NCBI GenBank assembly: GCA_028716245.1
Contig: JAQUQW010000001.1
Coordinates: 104,793-168,792 of the forward strand
DNA from: Candidatus Omnitrophota bacterium
GTDB lineage: Bacteria; Omnitrophota; Gorgyraeia; Gygaellales; Profunditerraquicolaceae
DNA: 64,000 bases
Reading direction: 5' to 3'
Shown piece by piece: positions 48,307-59,167 of the stretch. Numbering within the stretch: the stretch's first letter is position 1; each line of letters begins with the position of its first letter. A model generated the notes under the pieces. That model saw only the letters and a list, made by a program, of their open reading frames with translations, did not search any database and was not told the DNA's origin. Both the position numbers and the translations under genes were made by a program.

Positions 48307-48352
48307 TCCCTCCTTATTACGTCTATTGGGCGTAGAAAGGAGGGATTTTTAT
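48307..48352 (+). terminator. Rho-independent terminator
   Basis: TCCCTCCTT...AAGGAGGGA stem followed by TTTTT. Confidence 0.6.
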
Positions 48353-48355
48353 TGT

Positions 48356-48384
48356 TTGACAGTGCGGTGGGGGCAGGTTATAAT
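48356..48384 (+). promoter_or_regulatory. Consensus sigma70 promoter TTGACA-17-TATAAT for recA
   Basis: TTGACA at 48356-48361, TATAAT at 48379-48384, then GTGGAGG RBS. Confidence 0.6.
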
Positions 48385-48416
48385 ATTTACTCAAATTTAA
48401 AAAGTGGAGGATTAAA

Positions 48417-49442
48417 ATGGTAATAGATAAGAAAAAAGAAGAGGTAAAAGACAGTTCTGATCGTCAAAAAGCGCTGGAACTAGCGCTTGCCCAGATTGAA
48501 AAACAGTTTGGCAAAGGTTCAATTATGAAGCTGGGGGCCCACACCAAGGCTAACGTTGAGGTTATTCCTACAGGCGCCCTTACTCTTGATTTAGCTTTAG
48601 GCGTAGGAGGCTTGCCGCGCGGCAGAGTAATCGAAATATTCGGCCCGGAAGCTTCCGGAAAGACCACGCTTACTTTAACGGCGATAAGAGAAATCCAGAA
48701 AAAAAGCGGAGTAGCGGCTTTTATCGATGCTGAACATGCTTTTGATTCAACTTATGCCAAGTTAATCGGCGTAAACTTAGATGACCTGTTAATTTCTCAG
48801 CCGGATACGGGTGAGCAGGCTTTAGAGATTGCCGAAACCCTGGTGCGTTCCAATGCCGTGGATTTAGTGGTGATTGATTCGGTGGCGGCATTGACCCCGC
48901 GGGCGGAAATCGAAGGAGAGATGGGTGATTCGCATATGGGGCTTCAGGCGCGCCTGATGTCCCAGGCATTGCGTAAATTGACCGGCTCAATCAGCAAATC
49001 GCGCACTACCGTAATTTTTATCAATCAGCTGCGGGAAAAAATCGGCGTGATGTTTGGTTCTCCTGAGACAACTCCGGGAGGCCGGGCGCTTAAATTTTAT
49101 TCATCAGTAAGATTGGATGTGCGCAGGATTGCTTACTTAAAAGAAGCGGATAAAGTTATTGGTAATCATGTCAGGGTAAGGGTAGTGAAAAATAAAGTTG
49201 CTCCGCCTTTTCGCGAGGCCGAATTTGATATTCTGCACAATGAAGGGATCGCAAAAACCGGCGCGGTGATTGATGCGGCGGTAAATTTAGAAGTTGTCGC
49301 TAAATCCGGTACCTGGCTTTCATATGAAGATAAGAAATTAGGCCAGGGCAGGGAGGCGGCGATAAAATTCTTAAAAGAGAATCCAAAAGTACAGGAAGAT
49401 ATTGAAAAAGCAGCACGTAAAAAGTCAAGCGAGGCTGAATAA
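48417..49442 (+). CDS. recA: Recombinase RecA
   Basis: [10 protein letters not shown] Walker A. Highly conserved RecA core. Confidence 0.95.
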   Translation: MVIDKKKEEVKDSSDRQKALELALAQIEKQFGKGSIMKLGAHTKANVEVIPTGALTLDLALGVGGLPRGRVIEIFGPEASGKTTLTLTAIREIQKKSGVAAFIDAEHAFDSTYAKLIGVNLDDLLISQPDTGEQALEIAETLVRSNAVDLVVIDSVAALTPRAEIEGEMGDSHMGLQARLMSQALRKLTGSISKSRTTVIFINQLREKIGVMFGSPETTPGGRALKFYSSVRLDVRRIAYLKEADKVIGNHVRVRVVKNKVAPPFREAEFDILHNEGIAKTGAVIDAAVNLEVVAKSGTWLSYEDKKLGQGREAAIKFLKENPKVQEDIEKAARKKSSEAE

Positions 49443-49902
49443 GCCGCAAAGCCATAACGCGGAAAAAGCCAGAGCCTATGCTTTTCTGCTCCTAAAATTT
49501 CGCCTGCGCAGTGAAGCTGAGCTAAAGGGGCGGCTAAAGCAAAAAGGATTCTCCGAAGAATTAAGCCAGGATACGGTTAATTTTTTAAAGGATAAAGAGT
49601 TTATCGATGACCGCGTTTTTGCCAAGGGTTGGGTGGCCTCCCGTCTTAAGCGGCCGTTTGGCATAAGAAGAATAAAACAAGAGCTTATCGCTAAAGGCTT
49701 AAATAAAGGAATTATTGAGGATTCGCTGGTCCAGGCAAAAAAAGATTACAGCGAAGATCAGGTAGTCAGCCAGCTAGCTCAGCAGAGATTTTCAAGGTTA
49801 AGCAAGATAGAGCCGCAGAAAGCAAAAGCGCGGGTATACGCGTATTTATTGCGCCGAGGTTTCTCACCGGATGTAGTAGGTGAAATAATCCAACAATTAT
49901 GA
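49402..49902 (+). CDS. recX: Regulatory protein RecX (start uncertain; TTG at 49402 overlaps the recA 3' end)
   Basis: [26 protein letters not shown] RecX repeats. Conserved recA-recX synteny. Confidence 0.65.
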   Translation: MKKQHVKSQARLNKPQSHNAEKARAYAFLLLKFRLRSEAELKGRLKQKGFSEELSQDTVNFLKDKEFIDDRVFAKGWVASRLKRPFGIRRIKQELIAKGLNKGIIEDSLVQAKKDYSEDQVVSQLAQQRFSRLSKIEPQKAKARVYAYLLRRGFSPDVVGEIIQQL

Positions 49903-52535
49903 CCGCGGATATTTTAAGAGAAAAATTCCTGGATTTTTTTAAAGCCAGGAAACACAAAATTATTGACAGCGATTCTTTAGTTCCCAAGGATGACCCGACG
50001 GTGCTATTTACTCCTGCCGGGATGAATCAATTCAAAAAAGAATTCCTGGGTTTTGATTCTGGTTTTAAGCGCGCCTCTACTTCACAGCGCTGCCTGCGCA
50101 CGGATGACCTGGATAAAGTAGGCAAGACCAGCGTGCACCATACTTTTTTTGAAATGCTGGGAAATTTTTCTTTCGGGGATTATTTCAAGAAAGAAGCGAT
50201 ATCCTGGGCCTGGGAGTTTTTGACCGAAGAACTAAGGATACCCGCGGATAAACTTTGGGTTTCAGTATATCAGGATGATGCTGAGGCTTATGATATCTGG
50301 AAGAGTGTTGTAAAAATTCCCGCGCAGAAAATTGTCAGATTAGGGGATAAGGACAATTTCTGGCCGGCGGAAGCAAAGGCTAAAGGCCCAAATGGCCCTT
50401 GCGGCCCCTGTTCAGAGATATTTTTTGATTTTGGAAATGATGTGGGATGTAAAAAACCGGATTGCACGCCGGCTTGCAGTTGCGGGAGGTTTGCTGAAAT
50501 TTGGAATTTGGTGTTTACCCAATTTAATCGTAAAGCCGATGGATCCTTGGAGCCATTGCCTAATAAGAATATCGATACCGGCATGGGCCTTGAGAGATTA
50601 GCGGCGCTGATGCAGGGCAAGCAGAATAACTTTCAGACGGATTTATTTGAGCCGATAATTAAGGAGATAAAACATTTTTCAGAGGTAAATCAAAAAGACA
50701 ATAATGAATTTTTTTACGCGATTGCTGACCATGTACGGGCTGTAGTTTTTTCGATATATGACGGGATTTCTCCTTCTAATGAAGGCCGCGGGTATATAGT
50801 TAGAAAAATCATCCGCAAGAGTGTTCTGCATTTAAGAAGTTTAGGGATAAATGAACCGTTTTTAAATAAACTAGTGGGTGTGGTTGTCCAGATTATGCAT
50901 AAGCCTTATCCGGATTTAAAGGATAGGCAGGAGGATATTGCCCAGGTTATTTTGAATGAAGAGAATAATTTTATTAATACCCTGAGTTTAAGCAGTACCT
51001 TAATAGATAACGAAATTGAAAAAGTTAAAAAAGAGTTAGAAAATGATCCAAAGAAAGAAGGTTTTACTATTGCTAGTGCGGCTACTTCCGGGGCCTTAGG
51101 TATTTCTGCTTTTAGATTATATGATACTAATGGCATTCCGCTGGAGATAACAAAGGATGAATTAAATATAAGGTTCATTAAAGTTGGTGAGAATTTTGAA
51201 TCGGCTTATCAGAACGAGTTGGATAAACAGAAGAACCTTTCAAAATCATTCAGTAAAATGAAGGGGGATGTCTTTGACGCTAAAGGATTAGGCTTAAAAC
51301 TAAAAGAAACTAAGTTTGTCGGCTACAAAGAGAATTCTACGCAAACCAATATTCTGGCTATATTAAAAGACGGCAAGGAAGTAAATGAGACTTCATCCGG
51401 GAATAAAATACAGGTTGTTCTAGATCAAACTCCGTTTTATGCAGAAAGCGGCGGACAGGTTGGGGATACCGGGGAATTGATAAATGGAAAAAATATTTTT
51501 GAAGTTTTGGATACAAAAAAGATTAATAATGTTATTTTACATATCGGCCGGGTCAAATCCGGTAATTTTAAGAAAGATGACAAAGCCGTTGCCAAGATAA
51601 ATGTCCAGCGCAGGTTAAATATTGCCAGGAATCACACGGCTACCCATATTTTACAGGCATCCTTACGTGAAGTTCTAGGAAACCATGTCCAACAGCAGGG
51701 GTCTTTAGTAAACGAAGAAAAACTCCGTTTTGATTTTACACATTTTAAAGGATTATCCGAGGGAGAAATTGCCAGAGTTGAAGAGTTAGCCAATAGCTAT
51801 ATTATCAAAAATTATGCGGTGGATTCTCAAGAGATGGCGCTTAAAGATGCGAAGAAGCTGGGGGCCTTGGCGTTTTTTGAAGAGAAGTATGGCGAAAATG
51901 TCCGCCTGGTCCAAATAGGGAATATTTCAAAAGAATTGTGCGGCGGCACGCATCTTGCCAATATTAAACAAATCGGTTTGATAAAGATAATCAGCGAAAG
52001 CTCCGTAGCCAGCGGGATAAGAAGGGTTGAAGCGGTTACTGCTAAGTTCGCGGAACAGTTTGTCAAGGATCAAAAGCAGAAGGCCATTGAAGAATCTAAG
52101 AAGAAAAGCAGGCTAGCGGAACTAAAGGCGCAGGAAAAGAAGCGCAGCGCGGAAATTAATAATCTGCTGCCGGCTAAATCACTTGAGCTTTCGCAGAAGA
52201 GCGTAACGATAAACGGAATGAATGTTGTTTTTTCAGTTGAAAACAATTTAGATATGAATGCATTGCGGCTTCTGGCAGATATGATTAAAGTAAAGTTAAA
52301 CCGGGCGGTAATTGTTTTAGGCGCTCAAGACGGCAGCAGGGCATCTTTAGTAATCGGCTTAACCGCGGATTTATGCGCAAAAGGGTTAAGCGCCAAAAAT
52401 ATCATTCTTCAGGTTGCCCCGCTTATCGGCGGAAGCGGCGGCGGCAGGGGGGATTTTGCCCAAGCCGGCGGCAACGCCCCGGAGAATTTTGCGCTGGTAT
52501 TTGATAAAATAAAGGATATAATAATTAAGTTATGA
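49899..52535 (+). CDS. alaS: Alanine--tRNA ligase
   Basis: FTPAGMNQFK, the CxxC-containing catalytic core, and C-terminal editing/DHHA1 regions. Confidence 0.9.
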   Translation: MTADILREKFLDFFKARKHKIIDSDSLVPKDDPTVLFTPAGMNQFKKEFLGFDSGFKRASTSQRCLRTDDLDKVGKTSVHHTFFEMLGNFSFGDYFKKEAISWAWEFLTEELRIPADKLWVSVYQDDAEAYDIWKSVVKIPAQKIVRLGDKDNFWPAEAKAKGPNGPCGPCSEIFFDFGNDVGCKKPDCTPACSCGRFAEIWNLVFTQFNRKADGSLEPLPNKNIDTGMGLERLAALMQGKQNNFQTDLFEPIIKEIKHFSEVNQKDNNEFFYAIADHVRAVVFSIYDGISPSNEGRGYIVRKIIRKSVLHLRSLGINEPFLNKLVGVVVQIMHKPYPDLKDRQEDIAQVILNEENNFINTLSLSSTLIDNEIEKVKKELENDPKKEGFTIASAATSGALGISAFRLYDTNGIPLEITKDELNIRFIKVGENFESAYQNELDKQKNLSKSFSKMKGDVFDAKGLGLKLKETKFVGYKENSTQTNILAILKDGKEVNETSSGNKIQVVLDQTPFYAESGGQVGDTGELINGKNIFEVLDTKKINNVILHIGRVKSGNFKKDDKAVAKINVQRRLNIARNHTATHILQASLREVLGNHVQQQGSLVNEEKLRFDFTHFKGLSEGEIARVEELANSYIIKNYAVDSQEMALKDAKKLGALAFFEEKYGENVRLVQIGNISKELCGGTHLANIKQIGLIKIISESSVASGIRRVEAVTAKFAEQFVKDQKQKAIEESKKKSRLAELKAQEKKRSAEINNLLPAKSLELSQKSVTINGMNVVFSVENNLDMNALRLLADMIKVKLNRAVIVLGAQDGSRASLVIGLTADLCAKGLSAKNIILQVAPLIGGSGGGRGDFAQAGGNAPENFALVFDKIKDIIIKL

Positions 52536-53758
52536 AAATAATCCGTTTTACCAGTAAAAAATTAGAGAAGATTTATAACCGCGGCCAGTTACGCCAGAGG
52601 CGCGTTGAGGAAAAGGTCAGCAAGATTATCGACGATGTGCGTTTTTTCGGTGATGAGGCCTTGATTAAATATACCCGTAAATTCGATAAGGTCAAACTTA
52701 GCCTGCGCCAGTTAAAAGTTTCCCAGATCGAAATCAGCGGAGCTTACGCCAATATCAGCCCGAATTTTGTTTCTTCCCTTAAAGTAATCATGGAAAATAT
52801 AAACCATTTTTACCGCAAGCAGCTGCGTAAGTCCTGGAGGATTAAGGGCGCCGAAGGAGTTGTTTTGGGTGAAAATTATTCGCCTTTAGAGAGGATCGGT
52901 GTTTATATACCCGCCGGGACCGCTCCTCTGGTCTCTACCGTTTATATGAGCGTATTACCGGCAAAGTTGGCGCAAGTTAAAAAAATCGTAATGATCAGTC
53001 CGCCGGATAAGAACGGGTATATTAATCCGCACATTTTGGTAATCGCCGACCTGCTTAAGGTTGATGAAATTTACCGGGTCGGAGGGGCGCAAGGGATCGC
53101 GGCTTTAGCTTACGGGACTAAAACTATTCCCCGAGTGGACAAGATTGTCGGGCCGGGGAATATTTATGTCAGCGAAGCCAAGCGACAGGTATTTGGCGCG
53201 GTGGACATCGATATGATTGCCGGGCCCACGGAGCTGGTAATTATTGCCAATCGTTTTAGCGACCCGAAATATATTATCGCCGATCTTCGCGCTCAAGCTG
53301 AACATGCTAAAGGTTTGGCGATATTAATTACCAATTCTAAGAGTTTAGCCAATGAAGTAAAATCCCGGTTAGACGGGGATAACGGCTATATCATTTTGAC
53401 CAAAAATTTAAAACAAGCTGCTGAGATTGCTAATAAGATCGCCCCGGAACATTTAGAGATTCTTGTGCAGAATCCTAAGGGATTGCTTAAAGACATAAAA
53501 AATGCCGGAGCGATATTTTTAGGCCCTTATAGCCCTGTGGCGGTAGGGGATTATGTTGCCGGGCCAAGCCATGTTTTGCCAACTTCCGGAACAGCCAGGT
53601 TTTTCTCCGGTTTAAATGTTTCCGATTTTATTAAGAGCAGCCACATAATTAGTTATTCCAAAAAGGCGCTGGAAAAAATACGCGAGCCGTTAGAGAAGAT
53701 TGCTGGTATTGAAGGCCTGCAGAATCACGTCGATTCCGTCAAGAGCAGGTTTTTATAA
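52532..53758 (+). CDS. hisD: Histidinol dehydrogenase
   Basis: HisD-like sequence with the conserved QAEHAKG motif. Confidence 0.85.
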   Translation: MKIIRFTSKKLEKIYNRGQLRQRRVEEKVSKIIDDVRFFGDEALIKYTRKFDKVKLSLRQLKVSQIEISGAYANISPNFVSSLKVIMENINHFYRKQLRKSWRIKGAEGVVLGENYSPLERIGVYIPAGTAPLVSTVYMSVLPAKLAQVKKIVMISPPDKNGYINPHILVIADLLKVDEIYRVGGAQGIAALAYGTKTIPRVDKIVGPGNIYVSEAKRQVFGAVDIDMIAGPTELVIIANRFSDPKYIIADLRAQAEHAKGLAILITNSKSLANEVKSRLDGDNGYIILTKNLKQAAEIANKIAPEHLEILVQNPKGLLKDIKNAGAIFLGPYSPVAVGDYVAGPSHVLPTSGTARFFSGLNVSDFIKSSHIISYSKKALEKIREPLEKIAGIEGLQNHVDSVKSRFL

Positions 53759-53774
53759 TTTAAGAGGTAGGTTA

Positions 53775-54386
53775 ATGAAGAAAAGAGTTGCCGTAATCAA
53801 AAGAAAAACTAAAGAGACGCAGATTAGCGTAAAGCTATTGATCGGAGGCCAGGGCAAAAGCAAAATTGATACCGGTATAGGTATCTTGGATCATATGCTT
53901 GAATTATTTAGTTTTCATGGCCTATTTGATTTGGAAATTTTGGCCAAGGGCGATCTTAAGGTGGATATTCATCACACTAATGAAGATATCGGGATTGTTT
54001 TAGGGGATGCTTTTAAAAAGGCCCTGGGAGATAAAAAAGGAATTAAGAGATTCGGTTCCATTGCTGTACCGATGGAAGATGTAGTGGCTAACGTGGTAGT
54101 AGATATCAGCGGCAGAGGATTTTTTAGCGGGATAAAAAGCGTAGTGAATAAGGTTTCGAAATTTGAGAATAATGAAGGTTATTCTTTTGAATACGCCAAT
54201 CATTTTTTTGAGGCATTTGCCAAGAGATTGGGGATGAATTTGGATATTACCATTTCAAGTTTGAATCCTGACTTACACACCAACTTAGAGCCTATTTTTA
54301 AGGGATTGGGTATTGCTTTGGATCAAGCCACTCAAATTGACCCGCGCAGAAAAGGCATTCCTTCGACTAAAGGCGTTATTGACTAA
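53775..54386 (+). CDS. hisB: Imidazoleglycerol-phosphate dehydratase
   Basis: GIGILDHML and DIHHTNEDIGI motifs. ATG at 53775 preferred. Confidence 0.8.
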   Translation: MKKRVAVIKRKTKETQISVKLLIGGQGKSKIDTGIGILDHMLELFSFHGLFDLEILAKGDLKVDIHHTNEDIGIVLGDAFKKALGDKKGIKRFGSIAVPMEDVVANVVVDISGRGFFSGIKSVVNKVSKFENNEGYSFEYANHFFEAFAKRLGMNLDITISSLNPDLHTNLEPIFKGLGIALDQATQIDPRRKGIPSTKGVID

Positions 54387-55000
54387 TGAAGATCGCGATT
54401 ATCGACTATGGCATGGGTAATATTCATAGCGTGGCCAAGGCCGTGGCGCTTTTTGGCGCAAGGCCGGTAATCACGAATAAAAAAAACGATATAAGCTCTT
54501 GCGATAAAATGGTGCTGCCCGGGGTAGGGGCTTTTGATGACGCGATCTTTGAATTAGAGAAGCAGGATTTAATCCGAGTCATTAAGGAGCAGGTTAATCA
54601 AAAAAAAGCGTTTCTGGGAATTTGTTTAGGGTTGCAGCTTTTGTTTGAGAGCAGCCAGGAGGCAAAAGTTAATAAGGGCCTGGGTATTTTTGGCGGTCAG
54701 GTAGTTAAATTTCATTCTGAATCTGGTTTGAAAGTTCCGCACATGGGATGGAATGATCTTAAAGTTACGGCTGGTAATTGTCCTCTGTTGAATGGGATAA
54801 CCGATAATTCTCAGGTTTATTTTTGCCACTCCTATTATCCTGATCCTGCTGATAAATCGGTGATTGCAGCGACTACCCATTATGGATTGGAATTTGCCAG
54901 TGTTTTGTGGAAGGATAATGTTTACGGCGCGCAGTTTCATCCGGAAAAAAGCCAGGCAACCGGTTTAAAGATAATCAAAAATTTTGTGGAGCGATGTTAA
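54386..55000 (+). CDS. hisH: Imidazole glycerol phosphate synthase, glutaminase subunit
   Basis: GICLGLQLL and catalytic H...E motifs. Confidence 0.85.
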   Translation: MKIAIIDYGMGNIHSVAKAVALFGARPVITNKKNDISSCDKMVLPGVGAFDDAIFELEKQDLIRVIKEQVNQKKAFLGICLGLQLLFESSQEAKVNKGLGIFGGQVVKFHSESGLKVPHMGWNDLKVTAGNCPLLNGITDNSQVYFCHSYYPDPADKSVIAATTHYGLEFASVLWKDNVYGAQFHPEKSQATGLKIIKNFVERC

Positions 55001-55731
55001 TTATACCGGCAATTGATTTAAGGGGTGGCAAGGTCGTGCGGCTTTTTCAGGGAAAGTTTAACCGGGAAAAGGTTTATTCCAGCGACCCGGTCAAGGTAGC
55101 CAAACATTGGGCCAGGCAGGGGGCAAAATTTTTACACATTGTGGATCTGGACGGGGCTTCCAGCGGGGCGCCTAAAAATTTAGGAGTTTTAAAGGAGATC
55201 GTAATCCAGGTTGGCATACCGGTTGAATTTGGCGGCGGAGTAAGAAGCATAGAAACAATATCCAGGCTGTTTACTTTGGGGGTACAGAGAGTCATTTTAG
55301 GCACCAAAGCCGCCGGTGATGAAGAATTTTTAAAAAAAGCCTGGAAGAAATTTGGCGAAAAAATTATTGTGAGTATTGACGCAAAGAACGGTGAGGTCTT
55401 GACGCAAGGCTGGAATCGCAAAGTTGCCAAAACCACTTTGGATTTTACCAAAGATTTAAAGAAGATAGGTTTTAAGCAAATAATTTATACGGATATTTCC
55501 AAGGATGGGACTTTGGCCGGCCCGAATATCCTGGGGATTAAAGAATTGCTTAAGTTAACCGGGCTAAAGGTCATTGCTTCCGGAGGGGTTTCTGATTTAA
55601 AAGATTTAGTAAGGCTTAAGCAGCTTAAAAAACAGGGTTTGGTTGGGGTGATTATTGGTAAAGCGCTGTATGAAGGTAAATTTACTTTAGTTGAGGCGTT
55701 GAAATTAAAAGGTAAGACACCCCGCGCTTAG
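54994..55731 (+). CDS. hisA: ProFAR isomerase (1-(5-phosphoribosyl)-5-[(5-phosphoribosylamino)methylideneamino]imidazole-4-carboxamide isomerase)
   Basis: IIPAIDLRGGKVVRL. The stop codon lies in the loop of the family-3 hairpin. Confidence 0.85.
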   Translation: MLIIPAIDLRGGKVVRLFQGKFNREKVYSSDPVKVAKHWARQGAKFLHIVDLDGASSGAPKNLGVLKEIVIQVGIPVEFGGGVRSIETISRLFTLGVQRVILGTKAAGDEEFLKKAWKKFGEKIIVSIDAKNGEVLTQGWNRKVAKTTLDFTKDLKKIGFKQIIYTDISKDGTLAGPNILGIKELLKLTGLKVIASGGVSDLKDLVRLKQLKKQGLVGVIIGKALYEGKFTLVEALKLKGKTPRA

Positions 55732-55748
55732 CGGAATTGCGCGGGTGT
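55717..55748. repeat. Family-3 hairpin repeat, copy c (ACACCCCGCGC ttagcggaatt GCGCGGGTGT)
   Basis: 10-bp stem. The hisA stop TAG sits in the loop. Confidence 0.55.
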
Positions 55749-55776
55749 TGTCTTCGTAGACAAAAAAGGAGGGGGC

Positions 55777-56211
55777 ATGGCAAAAAGAGTATTGTTGTTG
55801 GGGTTAGCGGTGGTTTTTGTTTTTTCTTTAAGCGGGTGCGCTACAATGCGTAAAAACGATGCTTTAGAAATCCAGGGGTTAAGGGACAAAGTTTCGGCGC
55901 TTGAGGCGCAGTTAAAGGAAAAAGATGACGAACTTAACAGTTTGAAAGAAACTTCGGTAAAGGGCAGCGGAGATGTTAATGTGGTTGAGGGTAGGGTTGG
56001 CGAAGCTAAGCAGCAGGCAGATCCGAAACAGATTCAAACAGCTTTAAAAAATGCCGGATATTATCAGGGTACTGTTGACGGTAAGATGGGTAAGAAAACG
56101 CGCAAAGCAGTAAGGGAGTTTCAGAAAGCAAACAATCTTCCTGTTAACGGTAAGGTCGGCAAGAATACCTGGATAGTTTTAAAAGATTATCTTGAAAAGA
56201 AGGTTAAATAA
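55777..56211 (+). CDS. Lipoprotein with a coiled coil and a C-terminal peptidoglycan-binding (PG_binding_1) domain
   Basis: Lipobox LSGCA. IQTALKNAGYYQGTVDGKMGKKTRKAVREFQKANNLPVNGKVGKNTW. AAGGAGGGGG RBS. Confidence 0.55.
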   Translation: MAKRVLLLGLAVVFVFSLSGCATMRKNDALEIQGLRDKVSALEAQLKEKDDELNSLKETSVKGSGDVNVVEGRVGEAKQQADPKQIQTALKNAGYYQGTVDGKMGKKTRKAVREFQKANNLPVNGKVGKNTWIVLKDYLEKKVK

Positions 56212-56246
56212 GTAAGGCCGAGCAAGGATTTTGGTAAATAAAATAT

Positions 56247-57002
56247 ATGTTAAGTAAACGTATTATCCCCTGTTTGGATATTAAGGATGGCCGTGTGGTC
56301 AAGGGAGTAAAGTTTTTGGGCTTACGCGATGCCGGGGATCCGGTTGAGGCGGCCCGGGCCTACGATCAGCAGGGAGCGGATGAACTGGTATTCTTGGATA
56401 TTACTGCTAGTTTTGAAAACAGAAAAACTTTGGTGGCTTTGGTCCAAAAGATTGCTCAAAACATCTTTATGCCTTTTACAGTCGGCGGAGGCATCGGCGA
56501 GATCGAGGATATCCGCAATATTTTAAATGCCGGAGCTGAGAAAGTTTCAGTTAATACGCAGGCGGTAAAATTTCCGCAGTTAATCAGCGATGCGGCAAAA
56601 AGATTCGGCAGCCAGTGTATCGTCGTGGCCATTGACGCCAAAAAGCAGGATGATCACTGGGAAGTTTTTGTTAACGGCGGCAGGACTCCTACGGGGATTA
56701 ACGCGCTGACCTGGGCGGAAAAAGCAGCCAGGCTGGGGGCAGGGGAGATCCTTTTGACCAGTATGGATTTTGATGGGACCAAGAATGGCTATGATTTAGA
56801 GTTGACCAAGGCAGTTGCCGAAAAAGTGCATATCCCGGTAATTGCCTCAGGAGGGGCAGGTTCGTTAGAGGATTTTTATAATGTCTTTGTCAAGGCCGGC
56901 GCGGATGCCGCGTTAGCCGCTTCACTTTTTCACTATCAGGAATTTTCCGTAAAACAGGTAAAGAATTATTTAAAAGAAAGAGGGGTAGCTGTAAGATTAT
57001 GA
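56247..57002 (+). CDS. hisF: Imidazole glycerol phosphate synthase, cyclase subunit
   Basis: [17 protein letters not shown]-terminus. Confidence 0.9.
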   Translation: MLSKRIIPCLDIKDGRVVKGVKFLGLRDAGDPVEAARAYDQQGADELVFLDITASFENRKTLVALVQKIAQNIFMPFTVGGGIGEIEDIRNILNAGAEKVSVNTQAVKFPQLISDAAKRFGSQCIVVAIDAKKQDDHWEVFVNGGRTPTGINALTWAEKAARLGAGEILLTSMDFDGTKNGYDLELTKAVAEKVHIPVIASGGAGSLEDFYNVFVKAGADAALAASLFHYQEFSVKQVKNYLKERGVAVRL

Positions 57003-57331
57003 GAAAGATAAATTTTAGATTGGGAAGTTTAAAGTTCAATAAGGATGGATTGATCCCGGCGATTATCCAGGATTACAAAAATAGCCAGGTATTGATGCTT
57101 GCTTATATGAACAAAGAATCGCTGCGGCGTACTTTAAAATTGGGTAAAACCTGTTTTTGGTCGCGTTCGCGCAAAGAATATTGGGTAAAAGGGTTAACCA
57201 GCGGGCACTTTCAGTTTGTTAAAGCAATTGCCTATGATTGCGATCTGGATGCGCTCTTAATCAAAGTGCGCCAGGTAGGTAAAGCCTGCCATACCGGTAA
57301 TAGGAGTTGTTTTTATAAAAGGATAAGATAG
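56999..57331 (+). CDS. hisI: Phosphoribosyl-AMP cyclohydrolase
   Basis: GLIPAIIQD... and C...HTG zinc motif. Confidence 0.8.
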   Translation: MRKINFRLGSLKFNKDGLIPAIIQDYKNSQVLMLAYMNKESLRRTLKLGKTCFWSRSRKEYWVKGLTSGHFQFVKAIAYDCDLDALLIKVRQVGKACHTGNRSCFYKRIR

Positions 57332-57339
57332 GGGATCGA

Positions 57340-58818
57340 TTGATCAAGCCGGCTTTTAAAGAATTTCTAAAATTAAGCAATAAGGGCAACGTTGTCCCGG
57401 TTTACCAGGAGATCAATGCCGACCTGGATACTCCGGTCTCTGCTTTTTTGAAAATTAAGCAAGGCGATTACTCTTTTCTTTTGGAGTCCGTGGAGGGCCA
57501 GGAAAAAATTGCCCGTTATTCTTTCTTAGGCACTAATCCCAGCCTGATTTTTAAAAGCAAGGGAAGGCGGATAGAAATTATCGATACGGCCGGGAATAAG
57601 AAAAAGAGTTTTATTACCGATAGCTCCCCTTTGGCTGAAATTAAGAAGATAATGCAGGATTTTAGGAGCGTAGAGGTGGCGGGCCTGCCGCGTTTTTATG
57701 GCGGCCTGGTGGGTTATATCGGTTATGATATGGTAAGGTTCTTTGAGAATATTCCCGATAAAAATAAGGATGATTTGCATATTCCCGACGCGCTTTTAAT
57801 CCTCACGGATACGCTTTTGATCTTTGACCGGCTTAATCATACCATAAAAATAGTAACTAATGTTATCCTGCCCAAAACTTCCGGGCCGCTTAAGAAAAAA
57901 AAGCTTTATGAAAAAGCAATTAAAAAGATCGAATCAATATATAATGACTTCAACCGTTCTGTTGTCCAGAGAGGCGGCCCGGCTAAACCCGGAAAATTAC
58001 ATATTAGCAGTAATCTTAAGCAATCCGAATTTGTCAGGATGGTCAAGCGGGCCAAAGAGTATATAAAGAAGGGCGATATTATTCAGGTAGTCCTGTCGCA
58101 GCGGTTTAAGGTTAAGACGCAAAAGGATGATTTTGCCATTTACCGGTCGTTGCGCAGCCTCAATCCTTCACCATATATGTATTATCTTAAGTTAAAGGAT
58201 TTTTCGATTGTTGGCTCAAGCCCGGAGATGCTGGTGCGTTGTGAAAATGGTTTGGTGCAGAACCGCCCGATTGCCGGTACCCGCAGGCGCGGCAAGAACC
58301 CGCAGGAGGATCTACGCCTTGAAAAAGAGCTCTTGAGCGATGAGAAAGAAAGGGCTGAGCACCTGATGCTGGTGGATTTAGGCAGGAATGATTTAGGGCG
58401 GATAAGTAAGCCGGGCAAGGTTAAAGTTGATGAGTTTATGCGCGTAGAAAAATTTTCGCACGTAATGCACCTGGTCAGCCAGGTAAGCGCGATACTTGAC
58501 AAAAAAAGGTTTGATATCTATGATGTGTTAAGATCCGCGTTTCCCGCGGGCACGGTTTCCGGCAGCCCCAAGATCCGGGCGATGGAGATTATCGATGAGC
58601 TGGAAAATTTAAAACGTTCCTTATATGCCGGCTCAATCGGTTATTTTAGTTTCTCGCATAATCTGGATACTTGCATTGCCATTCGCACGCTGCTGCTCAA
58701 AGATGGCACGGCTTATGTGCAGGCCGGGGCAGGGATTGTCGCTGACTCTGTTCCGCAAAAAGAATATCAGGAATCAGTGAATAAAGCTAAAGCCTTGATG
58801 GAGGCAATTAGCAAATGA
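57340..58818 (+). CDS. trpE: Anthranilate synthase component I family (TrpE/PabB chorismate-binding enzyme), TTG start
   Basis: PVYQEINADLDTPVSAF N-terminus. C-terminus GSPKIRAMEIIDELE...AGIVADS. Confidence 0.7.
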   Translation: MIKPAFKEFLKLSNKGNVVPVYQEINADLDTPVSAFLKIKQGDYSFLLESVEGQEKIARYSFLGTNPSLIFKSKGRRIEIIDTAGNKKKSFITDSSPLAEIKKIMQDFRSVEVAGLPRFYGGLVGYIGYDMVRFFENIPDKNKDDLHIPDALLILTDTLLIFDRLNHTIKIVTNVILPKTSGPLKKKKLYEKAIKKIESIYNDFNRSVVQRGGPAKPGKLHISSNLKQSEFVRMVKRAKEYIKKGDIIQVVLSQRFKVKTQKDDFAIYRSLRSLNPSPYMYYLKLKDFSIVGSSPEMLVRCENGLVQNRPIAGTRRRGKNPQEDLRLEKELLSDEKERAEHLMLVDLGRNDLGRISKPGKVKVDEFMRVEKFSHVMHLVSQVSAILDKKRFDIYDVLRSAFPAGTVSGSPKIRAMEIIDELENLKRSLYAGSIGYFSFSHNLDTCIAIRTLLLKDGTAYVQAGAGIVADSVPQKEYQESVNKAKALMEAISK

Positions 58819-58823
58819 AGAAG

Positions 58824-58850
58824 ATCCCGCCTCAAATTATTCGGCGGGAT
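58824..58850 (+). terminator. GC hairpin (ATCCCGCC-loop-GGCGGGAT) without a U-tract, 3' of the trpE-like gene
   Basis: 8-bp stem, 11-nt loop. Confidence 0.4.
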
Positions 58851-58920
58851 AAATTCGCGTATTGACTTACTCACACTGTCGTGTTCGTAAGTTAAGCGCT
58901 CATTTAAAGGAGGATACACA

Positions 58921-59166
58921 ATGGCAGTGCATATTCGACTAAGAAGAATCGGTAAAAATCCCGGCGGAAAGCCGCATTTCCGCGTCACTGTTTTCGATGA
59001 GCGCCGGGGCCGGGATAGCCGGATAATCGAAGAACTGGGCTATTACAAACCGGCCAGCGGCTCGGCAGTGCTTAAGAAAGAGCGCATTGCGGCTTGGATA
59101 AAAAATGGTGCCCAGCTTTCGACAACCGTAAAGAGTTTATTGAAGAAGTCTAACAGAGGAGCTTAA
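58921..59166 (+). CDS. rpsP: 30S ribosomal protein S16
   Basis: MAVHIRLRRIGKNPGGKPHFRVTV. AAGGAGG RBS. Confidence 0.9.
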   Translation: MAVHIRLRRIGKNPGGKPHFRVTVFDERRGRDSRIIEELGYYKPASGSAVLKKERIAAWIKNGAQLSTTVKSLLKKSNRGA

Positions 59167-59167
59167 T

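Noticed and set aside
58863-58890. TTGACT upstream of rpsP as a promoter
   Set aside because: No acceptable -10 hexamer at 16-18 nt spacing. Left unannotated.
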